64,000 nucleotides of DNA. Origin: Thermoplasmata archaeon (GTDB lineage Archaea > Thermoplasmatota > Thermoplasmata > Lutacidiplasmatales > UBA184). The notes under the pieces are model-generated. The model saw only the letters and a list, made by a program, of their open reading frames with translations, did not search any database and was not told the origin of the DNA. Each line of letters opens with the position of its first letter. Within the stretch, counting starts at the first letter, position 1. Position numbers and translations under genes: made by a program. Location of the stretch: NCBI GenBank assembly GCA_035502035.1, contig DATJUZ010000049.1, positions 5,475 to 69,474 of the forward strand, in the 5' to 3' direction. Below are positions 7,957 to 17,385 of this stretch, in pieces.

Positions 7957-10335
7957 TTAGCTCTTCGCGGTGAACTTGACGTTCACCGTCAGCGGTCCGC
8001 CCGCCACCTGGACGCCCCCCGAGGCGGGCGCCGCGACCTCGCCGGAGATCTTCCCGACGTGGAACGAGTAGCTGCCGTTCTTGAGGTAGAGGACGATCGT
8101 GTTCGTGCTCGAGCTGACCGACGTCCCGCCCGCGCTGACCTTCCAGGTGTAGCTGCCGGTCAGCCCGGTCTCGTGGAACGTCACCGGGTAGGCGTACTCG
8201 ACCTTCAGGCTCGCGCTGTGCACGAGGGCGATCGCGCCGCTCGCGGAAAGCACGGTGTGTCCCTGACGGACGATCGTCGTCAGGTTCCCGATGCTCCCGA
8301 CCGAGTAGTTGTACGTCCCCGGGGTCAGGTCCTTGATGATGATGCTCGTGCCCGTGCTGCAGACCGGGGCGCCGACGGTCGCGCACCAGGAGGTCCCGCT
8401 GGCGAGCCCCTGCTCGTGGAAGGCGAGGTTGCCGGTCGAGCCCTTCAGGAAGACGACCGACGTGCTGACCCCCAGCCCGTTGACCCGCACCTGGCCCTGC
8501 GGCGTCAGGACCGAGCTGACGCGATAGCCGCTCGGGCCGGTGATGAGGTAGGTGTAGGTGCCGTTCCCGACGTAGAACGTCATCGACGTCCCCTTGGTCG
8601 AGTTCGCCGCGTCGCCGAGCGTCACGCTCCAGCTCTTGGCGCGGTGCCCGGTCGGCAGGCCGCTCTCCGAGAACGTCACGGCGTAGGTCACGAGCCGGAA
8701 CGGCACCGGCACGGTCTGCCCGGCGCCGCTGACGAGGACCGAGCCGTTCTTCGCGATCGGGACGTAGCCGGCGAGCGCGGGGATCGTGTAGTCGAACGTT
8801 CCGTTCGGGAGCTGGGTCGAAACGGTGGTGGAGTGCGTTGACAGGACGCGGGAATCGACGTGAACGCTCCAGAGCGAGCTCGTCGGGAGCCCCGACTCGC
8901 TGAAGACGATGGTGTAGGTGACCTGGGCGAACGGCAGCGTGAGCGAGGTGTTGCTCCCGCTGACGACCTGCGTGCCGATCGTCAGGGTCGTCGCGTAGCC
9001 GGCGATGTAGCCGACCTTGTACGGGTAGCTTCCGTTCGGCTCGATGAACTGGAGGCTCGTGCCGGTCGTCGACTGGACCGAGCCGTTCAGGTCGAGCGAC
9101 CAGTTCGTCCCCGCGGGCAGGCCGGTCTCCGAAAAGCCGACCCCGTAGGTCACGAGCACGAAGTTCACGGTCGTCTCGGTGACCCCGGCGCCGGAGATCG
9201 TCACGGAGCCGTGGTACGGGAGCGTCGCCTGGTACCAACCGGAGATCGTCGAGATCCGGTAGGTGAACGTCCCGTTCGGCTCCACGAACTGCACGAGGTC
9301 GGTGCCGCCGTCGGCGACGACCGACTCGACGTTCGCGCCGACGGTGACCTGGAAGACCTTGCCGGCCGGAAGTCCGCTCTCGGAGAAGATCACCGGGAAC
9401 GTCGACTTCGTGTAGGCGAGCGTCGGCTCGACGGTGTTGGCGTCGTTGACGACGACGGTCCCGCTCATTGCGAGGGTCCCTTCCTGCCAGCCGGCGATCT
9501 TCGTGATCGCGTACGGATAGGTGCCGTTCGGCAGCCCCGTCCAGGTGAGCGTCCCCTTGCCGTTCGTGGTCGTCAGGGACATCGGGGTCCCGTCGACCGA
9601 GACCGCGAAGGTGAGCCCCGCGGGAAGGCCGGTCTCCGAGAACTGGACCGTGTAGGTGACCTGGGTGTAGGTGAGCGTCGGTTCGGCGAGCGCCGCGCCA
9701 TGTACCGTGAGCGTCCCGCGGTAGGGGATCGTCGACTGGGCCCAGCCGCTGATCGCGGAGACGGCGTAGCTCCAGGTGCCGTTCGGTTCGAGGAACGTGA
9801 GGGTGTCGGTCCCGCCGTCCGTCGTCAGCGCCTGCGGGGTGCCGTTCACGGCGACCTGGAACGTCTCCCCCGACGGGACACCGGTCTCGGAGAACGAGAC
9901 GCTGTAGGTCACCTGGGTGTACATCAGGGTCGGCTCGGTGAACGGGGCGGCGGAAACGGTGAGGCTGCCCTTGTACGGGATCGTCGACTGCTGCCAGCCC
10001 GAGATCCCCGAGACCGTGTAGGAGTACGTCCCGTTCGGCTCGGAGAAGACGAGGTCGTCGGTGAGGCCGTCGGTGGTCGTCGAGCTCGTCGAGTGGCCGA
10101 CCATCACCTGCCACAATAGGCCGGACGGCAGCCCGCTCTCGGAGAAGGTGACGAGGTAGGAGTGCGGGCCGGCGAGGTGGCCCGGGCTGGCGGGAGAGCG
10201 CTCCCCGGAGGCGAGGTGCCCCGGGGAGGCGGGGGCGGCGGAGGCGACCGCGACCGCGAGGACCCCGAGCGTAGAGGCGGCGAGAAGGGCGACGACGAGC
10301 ACGGCTCCAAGACGAGCGACGGGAGAGCGCGACAT
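7957..10335 (-). CDS. Secreted or surface protein made of ~9 tandem ~80-85-aa repeats of the same F-S-E-[ST]-G-L-P-x-G-x-x-[WF] module (S-layer or adhesin-like)
   Basis: Signal peptide MSRSPVARLGAVLVVALLAASTLGVLAVAVASA. Repeat units start FSESGLPSGLLWQV, FSETGVPSGETFQV, FSETGLPAGLTFAV, FSESGLPAGKVFQV, FSETGLPAGTNWSL, FSESGLPTSSLWSV, FSESGLPTGHRAKSWSV, FHEQGLASGTSWCA and FHETGLTGSYTWKV. Each has an internal EPNGT[YFW].Y motif. Sequons are abundant. Confidence 0.6.
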   Translation of the reverse strand: MSRSPVARLGAVLVVALLAASTLGVLAVAVASAAPASPGHLASGERSPASPGHLAGPHSYLVTFSESGLPSGLLWQVMVGHSTSSTTTDGLTDDLVFSEPNGTYSYTVSGISGWQQSTIPYKGSLTVSAAPFTEPTLMYTQVTYSVSFSETGVPSGETFQVAVNGTPQALTTDGGTDTLTFLEPNGTWSYAVSAISGWAQSTIPYRGTLTVHGAALAEPTLTYTQVTYTVQFSETGLPAGLTFAVSVDGTPMSLTTTNGKGTLTWTGLPNGTYPYAITKIAGWQEGTLAMSGTVVVNDANTVEPTLAYTKSTFPVIFSESGLPAGKVFQVTVGANVESVVADGGTDLVQFVEPNGTFTYRISTISGWYQATLPYHGSVTISGAGVTETTVNFVLVTYGVGFSETGLPAGTNWSLDLNGSVQSTTGTSLQFIEPNGSYPYKVGYIAGYATTLTIGTQVVSGSNTSLTLPFAQVTYTIVFSESGLPTSSLWSVHVDSRVLSTHSTTVSTQLPNGTFDYTIPALAGYVPIAKNGSVLVSGAGQTVPVPFRLVTYAVTFSESGLPTGHRAKSWSVTLGDAANSTKGTSMTFYVGNGTYTYLITGPSGYRVSSVLTPQGQVRVNGLGVSTSVVFLKGSTGNLAFHEQGLASGTSWCATVGAPVCSTGTSIIIKDLTPGTYNYSVGSIGNLTTIVRQGHTVLSASGAIALVHSASLKVEYAYPVTFHETGLTGSYTWKVSAGGTSVSSSTNTIVLYLKNGSYSFHVGKISGEVAAPASGGVQVAGGPLTVNVKFTAKS

Positions 10336-10573
10336 GGCTGGCCAATCCGAAAAGCGCTACATAATCTTGCCCCGCCCCCCGGCTGGACCCTGGGGAGGTG
10401 CGCGAGGGTGGAAAACGCAGGCCCGGACGACGGCCGGGGGGCGCCCGGGACCGACCGCCGCACGTCCCGCTCCGCACCCGTGCCGCCTCGGCTGAGCCGC
10501 CCCAGGGCGGCGGCAGGTTTGCTATGCCGCGGTCCTTCGGCCGGTCCCGGCGTCCGTCCGGGGGCGTGAGACG

Positions 10574-11551
10574 ATGATCCTGCTCTCGCTGCTGCTGGTC
10601 GCGATGGCCGCCGGCTTCGCCTACTCCCTCGGCGCGCACTACACCGGGGCGTGCATGGGGATGCCGTACGCCGCCGGGGCGATCCGCCTCGTCCCGGCGC
10701 TCGCCCTCATGGCACCGTTCGTCCTGCTGGGGGCGGTCCTCGCGAGCGGCGGGGTCGAGACGACCGTCGGTCACGGGATCCTGGCGTCGAGCAGCGTCGC
10801 GATCCCCCTCGCCCTCGCGATCGTCGCCTCGGCGTTCTGCCTGACCTCGGTCTACAACTTCGTGCGGATCCCGACCTCGACGATCCAGATCCTCGTGTTC
10901 TCCGTCGTCGGCGCCGGCGTAGCCGACGGGATCGGGATCCAGTGGCGGACGATCGAGACGCTGCTCGGCGTCTGGGCGGCGGCCCCGTTCGCTGCCTGCG
11001 GGCTCGGGTTCCTCTTCGCACGGCTGTTGGACCGGCGCGTCGGAGCGCCGGCGGCGACCGGCCGTCCCGCGGCGCCCCTGGCCCGCACGGCGGCGCTGGC
11101 GTTGGTCGGGATCGGCTCCGCGGCCTCGTTCGCGATGGGGGCGAACGACGTCGCGAACGCCTCGGGCTCGCTCGTGATGACCGGGCTCGTCGGGCTGTTC
11201 CTTGCCGGCCTCATCGGAGGGGTCGGGATGGTCCTCGGGGTGCTGACGTGGGGCCGCCCGCTCCTGCAGCGCGTGGCGTTCGACATCGTGCGCCTGGACG
11301 CGCGGACGGCGGCGGCGTCGCAGCTGGCCCAGGCGACGGTCGTCCTCGTGTCGGTCTCGTTCGGCTACTTCACGTCGATGAACCAGGCGCTCGTCGGGGC
11401 GATGATCGGGGCGGGGCTCGCGCGCTCGGGCGCTACCGTGCAGCGCCGGACCGTGCGGGACATCCTCCTCGGCTGGGGCGTCGGTCCGGTCTCGGGGGCG
11501 GCGCTCGGGGGCGCCCTCGTCCTCGCCCTTCGGGCGGCCCATCTTCTCTAG
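10574..11551 (+). CDS. Inorganic phosphate transporter, PiT/Pho4 family
   Basis: The GANDVANA signature (FAMGANDVANASGS) sits in a multi-helix hydrophobic protein of 325 aa. Confidence 0.7.
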   Translation: MILLSLLLVAMAAGFAYSLGAHYTGACMGMPYAAGAIRLVPALALMAPFVLLGAVLASGGVETTVGHGILASSSVAIPLALAIVASAFCLTSVYNFVRIPTSTIQILVFSVVGAGVADGIGIQWRTIETLLGVWAAAPFAACGLGFLFARLLDRRVGAPAATGRPAAPLARTAALALVGIGSAASFAMGANDVANASGSLVMTGLVGLFLAGLIGGVGMVLGVLTWGRPLLQRVAFDIVRLDARTAAASQLAQATVVLVSVSFGYFTSMNQALVGAMIGAGLARSGATVQRRTVRDILLGWGVGPVSGAALGGALVLALRAAHLL

Positions 11552-11601
11552 GCGACGAGGGGCCCCCGCGAGCGACCATGACACCCCGTTCGGGTAAGCG
11601 A

Positions 11602-11613
11602 GCCTTTAAGTTA
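11602..11613 (+). promoter_or_regulatory. AT-rich TATA-like box upstream of the pirin gene; a GAGGT Shine-Dalgarno lies at ~11635-11639
   Basis: cctttaagttacc is an AT-rich island in ~70% GC DNA. GAGGT lies 8 nt before the ATG at 11647. Confidence 0.4.
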
Positions 11614-11646
11614 CCTACAGATATTCGATAACCCGAGGTAATCACA

Positions 11647-12522
11647 ATGACCGACATCGACCGATCGATCGTGCGGAGGTTCCCAGGGGTCCCGACCCGG
11701 GAGGGGGCCGGCGTCCGCCTGAAGCGCTCGTTCTCCAACGCGGAGGTCCCGCTGTTCGACCCGTTCCTGCTCCTGGACCGGTTCGGCTCCGCCGACCCCG
11801 CGGACTATCTCGCCGGGTTCCCCTGGCATCCGCATCGCGGCATCGAGACGATCACCTACGTCCTGAACGGACGCGTCGAGCATGGCGACACGCTCGGCAA
11901 CTCCGGGGTCATCGCGAACGGGGACGTCCAGTGGATGAACTCCGGCAGCGGCATCGTACACCAGGAGATGCCCCAGCGCACGGACGGAACGTTCGACGGC
12001 TTCCAGCTCTGGCTGAACCGCCCGTCCGGCGAGAAGATGTCGACCCCGGCGTACCGCGGGCTTCGCCAGACGGAGATCCCCCACGTCCCGACCGAGCGGG
12101 GCGGCGAGGTGAAGGTCGTCGCCGGTTCGTTCGGCGGGGCTGAGGGCCCGGTCCGCGGCGTCTCGGTCGAGCCGGAGTACCTGGATGTCCGACTCACACC
12201 GGAGGAACAGCTCGCGCTGCCGGTCCGCGCCGGCCGCAACGGCTTCGCCCACGGGATCGCCGGCTCCGGGACGTTCGCGGGCGACGACGCCCGCCCGCTC
12301 GAGGCGGGGGAGACCGCGCTGTTCGGCGACGGCGACCGGGTCGTCGCTCGCGCCGGACCCGCCGGGATGCGGTTCCTTCTCGCCTCCGGCCGGCCCCTGC
12401 ACGAACCAGTAGCCTGGTACGGGCCGATCGTGATGAACACCCGGGACGAGCTCGCCGCCGCCCTGCTCGAGCTGCGGCGCGGCGACTTCGTCAAGGAGCG
12501 ACGGCCGGTCCTGGAGGGGTAG
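11647..12522 (+). CDS. Pirin-family cupin protein
   Basis: FPWHPHRGIETITYVLNGRVEHGDTLGN...GDVQWMNSGSGIVHQE matches the pirin cupin signature. Confidence 0.8.
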   Translation: MTDIDRSIVRRFPGVPTREGAGVRLKRSFSNAEVPLFDPFLLLDRFGSADPADYLAGFPWHPHRGIETITYVLNGRVEHGDTLGNSGVIANGDVQWMNSGSGIVHQEMPQRTDGTFDGFQLWLNRPSGEKMSTPAYRGLRQTEIPHVPTERGGEVKVVAGSFGGAEGPVRGVSVEPEYLDVRLTPEEQLALPVRAGRNGFAHGIAGSGTFAGDDARPLEAGETALFGDGDRVVARAGPAGMRFLLASGRPLHEPVAWYGPIVMNTRDELAAALLELRRGDFVKERRPVLEG

Positions 12523-13561
12523 GCCCCGCTCCGGGGTCGGCGACCAGCCTCTCGAGGGCCCTCCGGAGGACGCGCGCCGCGCGGCCGAGCTCCGCGACCG
12601 AGAGCGCCTCCCGGTCGGTGTGGTCGAGGCGGGCGTCGCCGGGACCGTAGGCGGCGCCCCCGCAGTGCCACGCCGGCACGACCAGGTTGAGGTCGCTCGT
12701 GCCGCCCTTGCGCCAGAGCGTCGGCCGTCCCCCCTCGTCCCGGATCCCGCGGCAGAGCGCGGCGACGACCGCCGCGTCCCGGGGGAGCTCGGTCGCCTCG
12801 ATCCGCGCGAGGATGCGGAGGCGGGGTGCGGGGGGGCCGCGGGGGAGCTCGGCGAGGACCGTGGACGTCGAGAGCCCCGGAGGGAGGCGGAGGTCGACGG
12901 TCACGGTAGCGACCTCCGGGTCGGAGGATGGCTCGCTCGTGCATCCGACCGCCTTCACCGTCAGGGAACGGAACGGGCTCGGGCCGGCATGTCGCGCCGC
13001 CAGCCCCCGGAGCTCGGCGACCCAGTCGACGGCGAGGTCGGTCGCCGTGGGGACCGGCGCCGACCAGTGGCGGCGGGGGCGCCGGAACGTCGCCGCGAGC
13101 CGCAGGTCGCCCTTGTAGCCGATCGTCACCCCATCCCACCCGCTCGGCTCGCCCGCGATCACCGCCCGCGGCGCCGCCCCGCGGGCGACCGCGCGCGCTC
13201 CCCGGCTGTCGGTCTCTTCCCCGACCGCCGCGACGATGCGGAACGAGCCGGGCCCCCGGAACCCCCGGCCGGCGATCAGCGCTGCCGCGAGCGCGCCCTT
13301 CGCGTCGACGGCGCCCCGGCCGTGGATGCGGCCCCGCCGCCGCACGACCGGACGCTCGCCCTCGACCGTGTCGATGTGACCGAGGAAGACGACCCGGGGC
13401 CCGCGGCCCCCGACCTCCGCGATCCCGTTCCCGGCACGGTCCTGCCGGGCCCGGTAGCCGAGCTCGCGGGCGAGCCGCACGAACGACCGGACGGCCCGCG
13501 CCTCCGAGCCCGAGGGACTGTAGGACGCGAGCAGTCGCTCGAGGACCGACGCGTCATCCAT
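12491..13561 (-). CDS. lysK: [LysW]-lysine/ornithine hydrolase or acetylornithine deacetylase (M20 peptidase; LysK/ArgE)
   Basis: M20 family features include the HIDTV motif. It is the last gene of the LysW cluster. Its 3' end overlaps the convergent pirin gene by ~30 nt. Confidence 0.75.
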   Translation of the reverse strand: MDDASVLERLLASYSPSGSEARAVRSFVRLARELGYRARQDRAGNGIAEVGGRGPRVVFLGHIDTVEGERPVVRRRGRIHGRGAVDAKGALAAALIAGRGFRGPGSFRIVAAVGEETDSRGARAVARGAAPRAVIAGEPSGWDGVTIGYKGDLRLAATFRRPRRHWSAPVPTATDLAVDWVAELRGLAARHAGPSPFRSLTVKAVGCTSEPSSDPEVATVTVDLRLPPGLSTSTVLAELPRGPPAPRLRILARIEATELPRDAAVVAALCRGIRDEGGRPTLWRKGGTSDLNLVVPAWHCGGAAYGPGDARLDHTDREALSVAELGRAARVLRRALERLVADPGAGPTPPGPAVAP

Positions 13562-14708
13562 CGGCGATCGCCTCGGCGAGCGCCGCCAGGCCTCCGGCCC
13601 AGTCCTCCTCCCCGATGACGAGCGGGGGGAGCAGACGGACGACCGTGCCTCCCGCGGGGATCGCGAGGTAGCCCCGTCGCTGGAGCCCCGCCAGCACGGG
13701 GGCCGCCCGCTCCCGCAGCTCGATCCCCCACATCAGGCCGAGTCCGCGGACCTCGCGGACCGCCGAAGGGGGGAGCGCGGAGAGGGGAGCCCGCGCCTGC
13801 TCCCCCAGCCGGGCGGCGCGCGCGGGAAGCCCCTCGCGCTCGAGGACCTCGAGGGCGGCGAGACCGGCCGCGCAGGCGAGCGGGTTTCCCCCGAACGTCG
13901 AGTGATGGCTCCCCCGGAAGCGTGCCTCGACGTCCGCCGTCGTGACGGTCGCGCCGATCGGCACGCCCCCGGCGAGCGACTTCGACAGCGCGAGGAGGTC
14001 GGGGACGACCCCGGCGTGCTCGAACGCGAACCACCGGCCGGTCCGCCCGAGGCCGCTCTGGACCTCGTCGAACGCGAGGAGGGCGCCGGCGCGGTCGGCC
14101 GCCGCCCGCGCCGCGCGCAGGAACCCCGGGCTCCCGACGTGGACGCCTCCTTCCCCCTGGACCGGCTCGAGCAGGACGAGCGCCGTCCGTTCGTCGACCG
14201 CTGCCTCGAGCGCCGCGACGTCGTTGTAGGTCACGTGCTCGAAGCCGGGGACGAGCGGCTCGAACGGCTCGCGGAGCTCCTTCCGCCAGGTCGCGCTGAG
14301 GGCCCCGAGGGTGCGGCCGTGGAAGCCGCGTCGGGCGGCGACGACCTTCGGCCGGCCGGTCGCCGAGCGCGCGATCTTGATCGCCGCCTCGATCGCCTCG
14401 GTCCCCGAGTTCGAGAGGAAGACGCGCGCGAACCCCGGGGGCAGCCGGCGCAGGAGCCCGTCGACGAACGCCTCCCGCACGGGGTTCGCGTACCCCGAGC
14501 CGAGGTAGATCAGTCGGCCCGCCTGCTCCTGGATCGCCCGTACGACCTCGGGCCGGCACGCCCCGAGGTTGCCGACGCCGTGGGTCGCGCCGAGGTCGAC
14601 GTAGCGTCGCCCGTCGGCGCCGAACAGCGCGGCGCCCTCGCCCCGGACGATCGTCAGGCGCTCCCGCCCGCCCTCGCCGAACTCCGCGCCCCGGTGCCCC
14701 TCGTTCAC
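13554..14708 (-). CDS. lysJ: Class-III PLP aminotransferase (acetylornithine or LysW-gamma-aminotransferase; LysJ/ArgD)
   Basis: FDEVQSGLGRTGRWFA and LSKSLAGGVP (PLP lysine) are present. A GTG start at 14708 overlaps the lysZ stop. Confidence 0.8.
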   Translation of the reverse strand: MNEGHRGAEFGEGGRERLTIVRGEGAALFGADGRRYVDLGATHGVGNLGACRPEVVRAIQEQAGRLIYLGSGYANPVREAFVDGLLRRLPPGFARVFLSNSGTEAIEAAIKIARSATGRPKVVAARRGFHGRTLGALSATWRKELREPFEPLVPGFEHVTYNDVAALEAAVDERTALVLLEPVQGEGGVHVGSPGFLRAARAAADRAGALLAFDEVQSGLGRTGRWFAFEHAGVVPDLLALSKSLAGGVPIGATVTTADVEARFRGSHHSTFGGNPLACAAGLAALEVLEREGLPARAARLGEQARAPLSALPPSAVREVRGLGLMWGIELRERAAPVLAGLQRRGYLAIPAGGTVVRLLPPLVIGEEDWAGGLAALAEAIADG

Positions 14709-15499
14709 GCGCAGACCGTCCCTTCGCCGGCGAGGGCCCGACGGATCGGGGCGTCGACCCGGGAGGAGGCGATCACGACCCGGCCGACCCCGCCGTCGAG
14801 CGCCGCGCGCGCCGCGCGGAGCTTCTTCTTCATCCGACCCTGCGCGAGCTCCGCGAGCCGTCCGAACTGCGCGCGCGGGATCTCCGCCACGACGCTCGCC
14901 GGGTCGTCCGGGGAGCGCAGCAGGCCGGGGACGTTCGTCAGGAGCAGCAACGCCTCCGCGCCGAGCCCGACCGCGACCGAGGCGGCGACGGCGTCGGCGT
15001 CGACGTTGACGACCTCGCCCTCGGCGGTCACCGCCGGCGGCCCGACGACCGGCACGACCCCGAGGGCGATCATCCCCCGGAGGAGCTGCACGTCGACGCG
15101 CTCGACGGTGCCGGCCCGGTCGTCGGCGAGGTGGACGACGCGCCCGTCCACGACCGCCCGGGCGCCGGTCTTGCGTCGGGCGACGAGGAGACGGCCGTCG
15201 ACCCCCGACAGGCCGACCGCTCGGACGCCCCGGGCGCCGAGCCCGGCGACCAGGTCGGTCTGGACCTTCCCCGCGAGCGCGAGCACGACCGTCTCCAGCT
15301 GGGCCGGGTCGCACCGTCGGGAGACGACCCCGCTCGGGCTCGTGTAGTGCTCGGCCGGGCGGCCGAGCGCCGTCCCGAGACGGTCGATCTCCTCCGAGCC
15401 CCCGTGCACGAGCACGACGTCCGGCCGCCCGGCGAGATCGTCCAGCACCGTGGTTGCGCTGTTGCCGGCCGCCCCCCCTATCTTGACGACGATCGTCGT
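14705..15499 (-). CDS. lysZ: Acetylglutamate or [LysW]-aminoadipate kinase (LysZ/ArgB)
   Basis: The amino-acid-kinase fold shows VLVHGGS and a C-terminal ...RVVIASS. The conserved N-terminal TTIVVKIGG is encoded upstream of the first in-frame GTG (15448), with no ATG/GTG/TTG before it. The likely start is the ACG at ~15499 (possible non-canonical start or base error). Confidence 0.7.
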   Translation of the reverse strand, partial: TTIVVKIGGAAGNSATTVLDDLAGRPDVVLVHGGSEEIDRLGTALGRPAEHYTSPSGVVSRRCDPAQLETVVLALAGKVQTDLVAGLGARGVRAVGLSGVDGRLLVARRKTGARAVVDGRVVHLADDRAGTVERVDVQLLRGMIALGVVPVVGPPAVTAEGEVVNVDADAVAASVAVGLGAEALLLLTNVPGLLRSPDDPASVVAEIPRAQFGRLAELAQGRMKKKLRAARAALDGGVGRVVIASSRVDAPIRRALAGEGTVCA

Positions 15500-15511
15500 G
15501 GCGCTCCCCTC

Positions 15512-16537
15512 CTAGGTCGGGTGGAGCCCGAGGAACCCGAGGCCCCGGGTCTCCGGCAGGCCGAACCGTACGTTGAGGCACTGGACGGCGGCGCCGGCCG
15601 CGCCCTTGCCGAGATTGTCGAGCGCCCCGAGCAGGACCGTCCGGCGGTGCTCCGGGTCCGGGGCGAAGCCGACGTCGCAGAAGTTCGTGCCCGCGAGGAT
15701 CTTCGGCTCCGGCTCGCGGTGGATCCCGTCCGGGTCGTGGACGACCCGCACGAACGGCTCGTGGCCGTACGCCGAGCGGTAGAGCCTCCAGAGCTCGCGC
15801 TCGTCCGGGGGCTCCGCGCCGAGCACGTGGACCGTCGCCAGCACCCCTCGGACCGCCTCCACCGCATGGCAGCTGAGCGCCGCGCGGACCCCGGTCTCCT
15901 GCTCGACCTCGGCGGCGTGGCGGTGGCCGGCCGGGGCGTAGGCCCGCATCACCCCGGAGCGCTCGGCGTGCTGGCCGGCCGGGCCGGCGTCGTGACCCCC
16001 CGCGGAGGAGCCGCTCTTCGCGTCGACGACCGCCGAAAGGTCGCCCGCGCGCGCGGACGCGGCGAGCGGCCGCAACGCGAGGATCGTCGCGGTGGCGATG
16101 CAGCCCGGCACGGCGATCAGGCGCGCCCGACGCAGCTCGTCCCGGTGCGCCTCCGGCAGTCCGTAGACCGCCTCGGCGAGCAGCTCCGGGTGCGGGTGCG
16201 CGCCCCGGTAGTAGCGAGGGTAGGCGGCCGGGTCCCGCAGGCGGTGATCGGCCGAGAGGTCGACGACCGTCCCGCCGTTCGCGAGGAGCTCGGGCATCGG
16301 CCCCATCGCCTCGCCGTGGGGCGTCGCGAGGAACGTGACGTCCGCCGGCTTGAGCTCGGAGCGGCGCGCGAAGACGAGGTCGGTCGCGCGCCGGAGGTTC
16401 GGGTGGGCCCGGAACAGCGGGCGGCCGGCCATCGACTCGCTCGTCACCTGGGTGACCGTCACGTCCGGATGGCCGAGCAGGAGACGGACGACCTCGCCCC
16501 CGACGAAGCCCGAGCCGCCGACGACCGCGACGTTCAT
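15512..16537 (-). CDS. lysY: N-acetyl-gamma-glutamyl-phosphate or [LysW]-aminoadipyl-phosphate reductase (LysY/ArgC)
   Basis: MNVAVVGGSGFVGGEVVRLL is a Rossmann N-terminus. ArgC family. The start overlaps the lysX stop. Confidence 0.8.
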   Translation of the reverse strand: MNVAVVGGSGFVGGEVVRLLLGHPDVTVTQVTSESMAGRPLFRAHPNLRRATDLVFARRSELKPADVTFLATPHGEAMGPMPELLANGGTVVDLSADHRLRDPAAYPRYYRGAHPHPELLAEAVYGLPEAHRDELRRARLIAVPGCIATATILALRPLAASARAGDLSAVVDAKSGSSAGGHDAGPAGQHAERSGVMRAYAPAGHRHAAEVEQETGVRAALSCHAVEAVRGVLATVHVLGAEPPDERELWRLYRSAYGHEPFVRVVHDPDGIHREPEPKILAGTNFCDVGFAPDPEHRRTVLLGALDNLGKGAAGAAVQCLNVRFGLPETRGLGFLGLHPT

Positions 16538-17385
16538 CGTCGGCCGAGCCCGACGGCGTAGTCGACGATCGGCCCGGCGACGTCCGCGCCGGTCGCCGCG
16601 GTGAGCGCCTTGAACTCGGGGGTCGGATTCACCTCGTGGACGACCAGCCCCCGGGGCGACTCCATCAGGTCGACGGCGAGGACCCCGCCCCCGACGGCGT
16701 CGGCGGCGCGAAGCGCGAGCTCGCCGAGCTCCGGGGTGATCGGCGCGGCCTCCGCGACCGCCCCGCGGGCCGCGTTCGTCCGCCAGGCGGCCGAGCGGCG
16801 GTACATCGCCGCGATCGGCCGCTCGCCGACGACGAGGACGCGCAGGTCGCGCTCGGGCTTCGGGACGAACTCCTGGACGTAGTAGACCGAGTGGACCGGC
16901 GAGGCGAGCGCCTCCTTGTGCTCGATGATCTGCTCGGCGGCGTCCGCGTCGTCGACCTTCGCCATGAGCCGGCCCCACGAGCCGATCGCCGGCTTGAGGA
17001 CGGCGGGGTAGCCGATCGCCCCGACCGCGCGGAGCGCCGCTTCGGCCGACAGCGCGACGATCGTCCGCGGCGTCGGGACCCCCCGCGCGGCGAGGCGCAG
17101 CGACGTGCGGACCTTGTCGCCGGCGAGCTCGAGGACGCCGGAGGCGTTCACGGTCCGCACCCCGTAGTGCTCGAGGCAGAGCGCCGCGTAGAGCGCCCGC
17201 GTGTGGCTCACCGAGCGGTTCAGGACGACCTCCGGTAGGCCGTCCGGCCGCTCGAGGCCGAACGTCGTCTCGCCGTCGTCCAGGCGGACGACGTCGATCC
17301 CCCGGGCCTCCGCCGCCCGGAGGATCGCCTTCTCCTCCGGCCGGACGATCGTCGTGAACAGGCCGAGACGGAAGCCGTTACTCAC
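16534..17385 (-). CDS. lysX: RimK-type ATP-grasp ligase LysX/ArgX (ligates the amino acid to the LysW C-terminus)
   Basis: ATP-grasp fold protein of 283 aa. The GTG start overlaps the lysW stop (GGTGAGTAA). Confidence 0.8.
   Translation of the reverse strand: MSNGFRLGLFTTIVRPEEKAILRAAEARGIDVVRLDDGETTFGLERPDGLPEVVLNRSVSHTRALYAALCLEHYGVRTVNASGVLELAGDKVRTSLRLAARGVPTPRTIVALSAEAALRAVGAIGYPAVLKPAIGSWGRLMAKVDDADAAEQIIEHKEALASPVHSVYYVQEFVPKPERDLRVLVVGERPIAAMYRRSAAWRTNAARGAVAEAAPITPELGELALRAADAVGGGVLAVDLMESPRGLVVHEVNPTPEFKALTAATGADVAGPIVDYAVGLGRR

Noticed and set aside
5283-11584. ORFs 5283..7739 (-), 7841..11584 (-, 1247 aa), 8860..10119 (+) and similar
   Set aside because: They are antisense or overlapping with the well-supported secreted-repeat proteins and PiT transporter. 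Low-complexity R/G/D/E/P composition and no domains.
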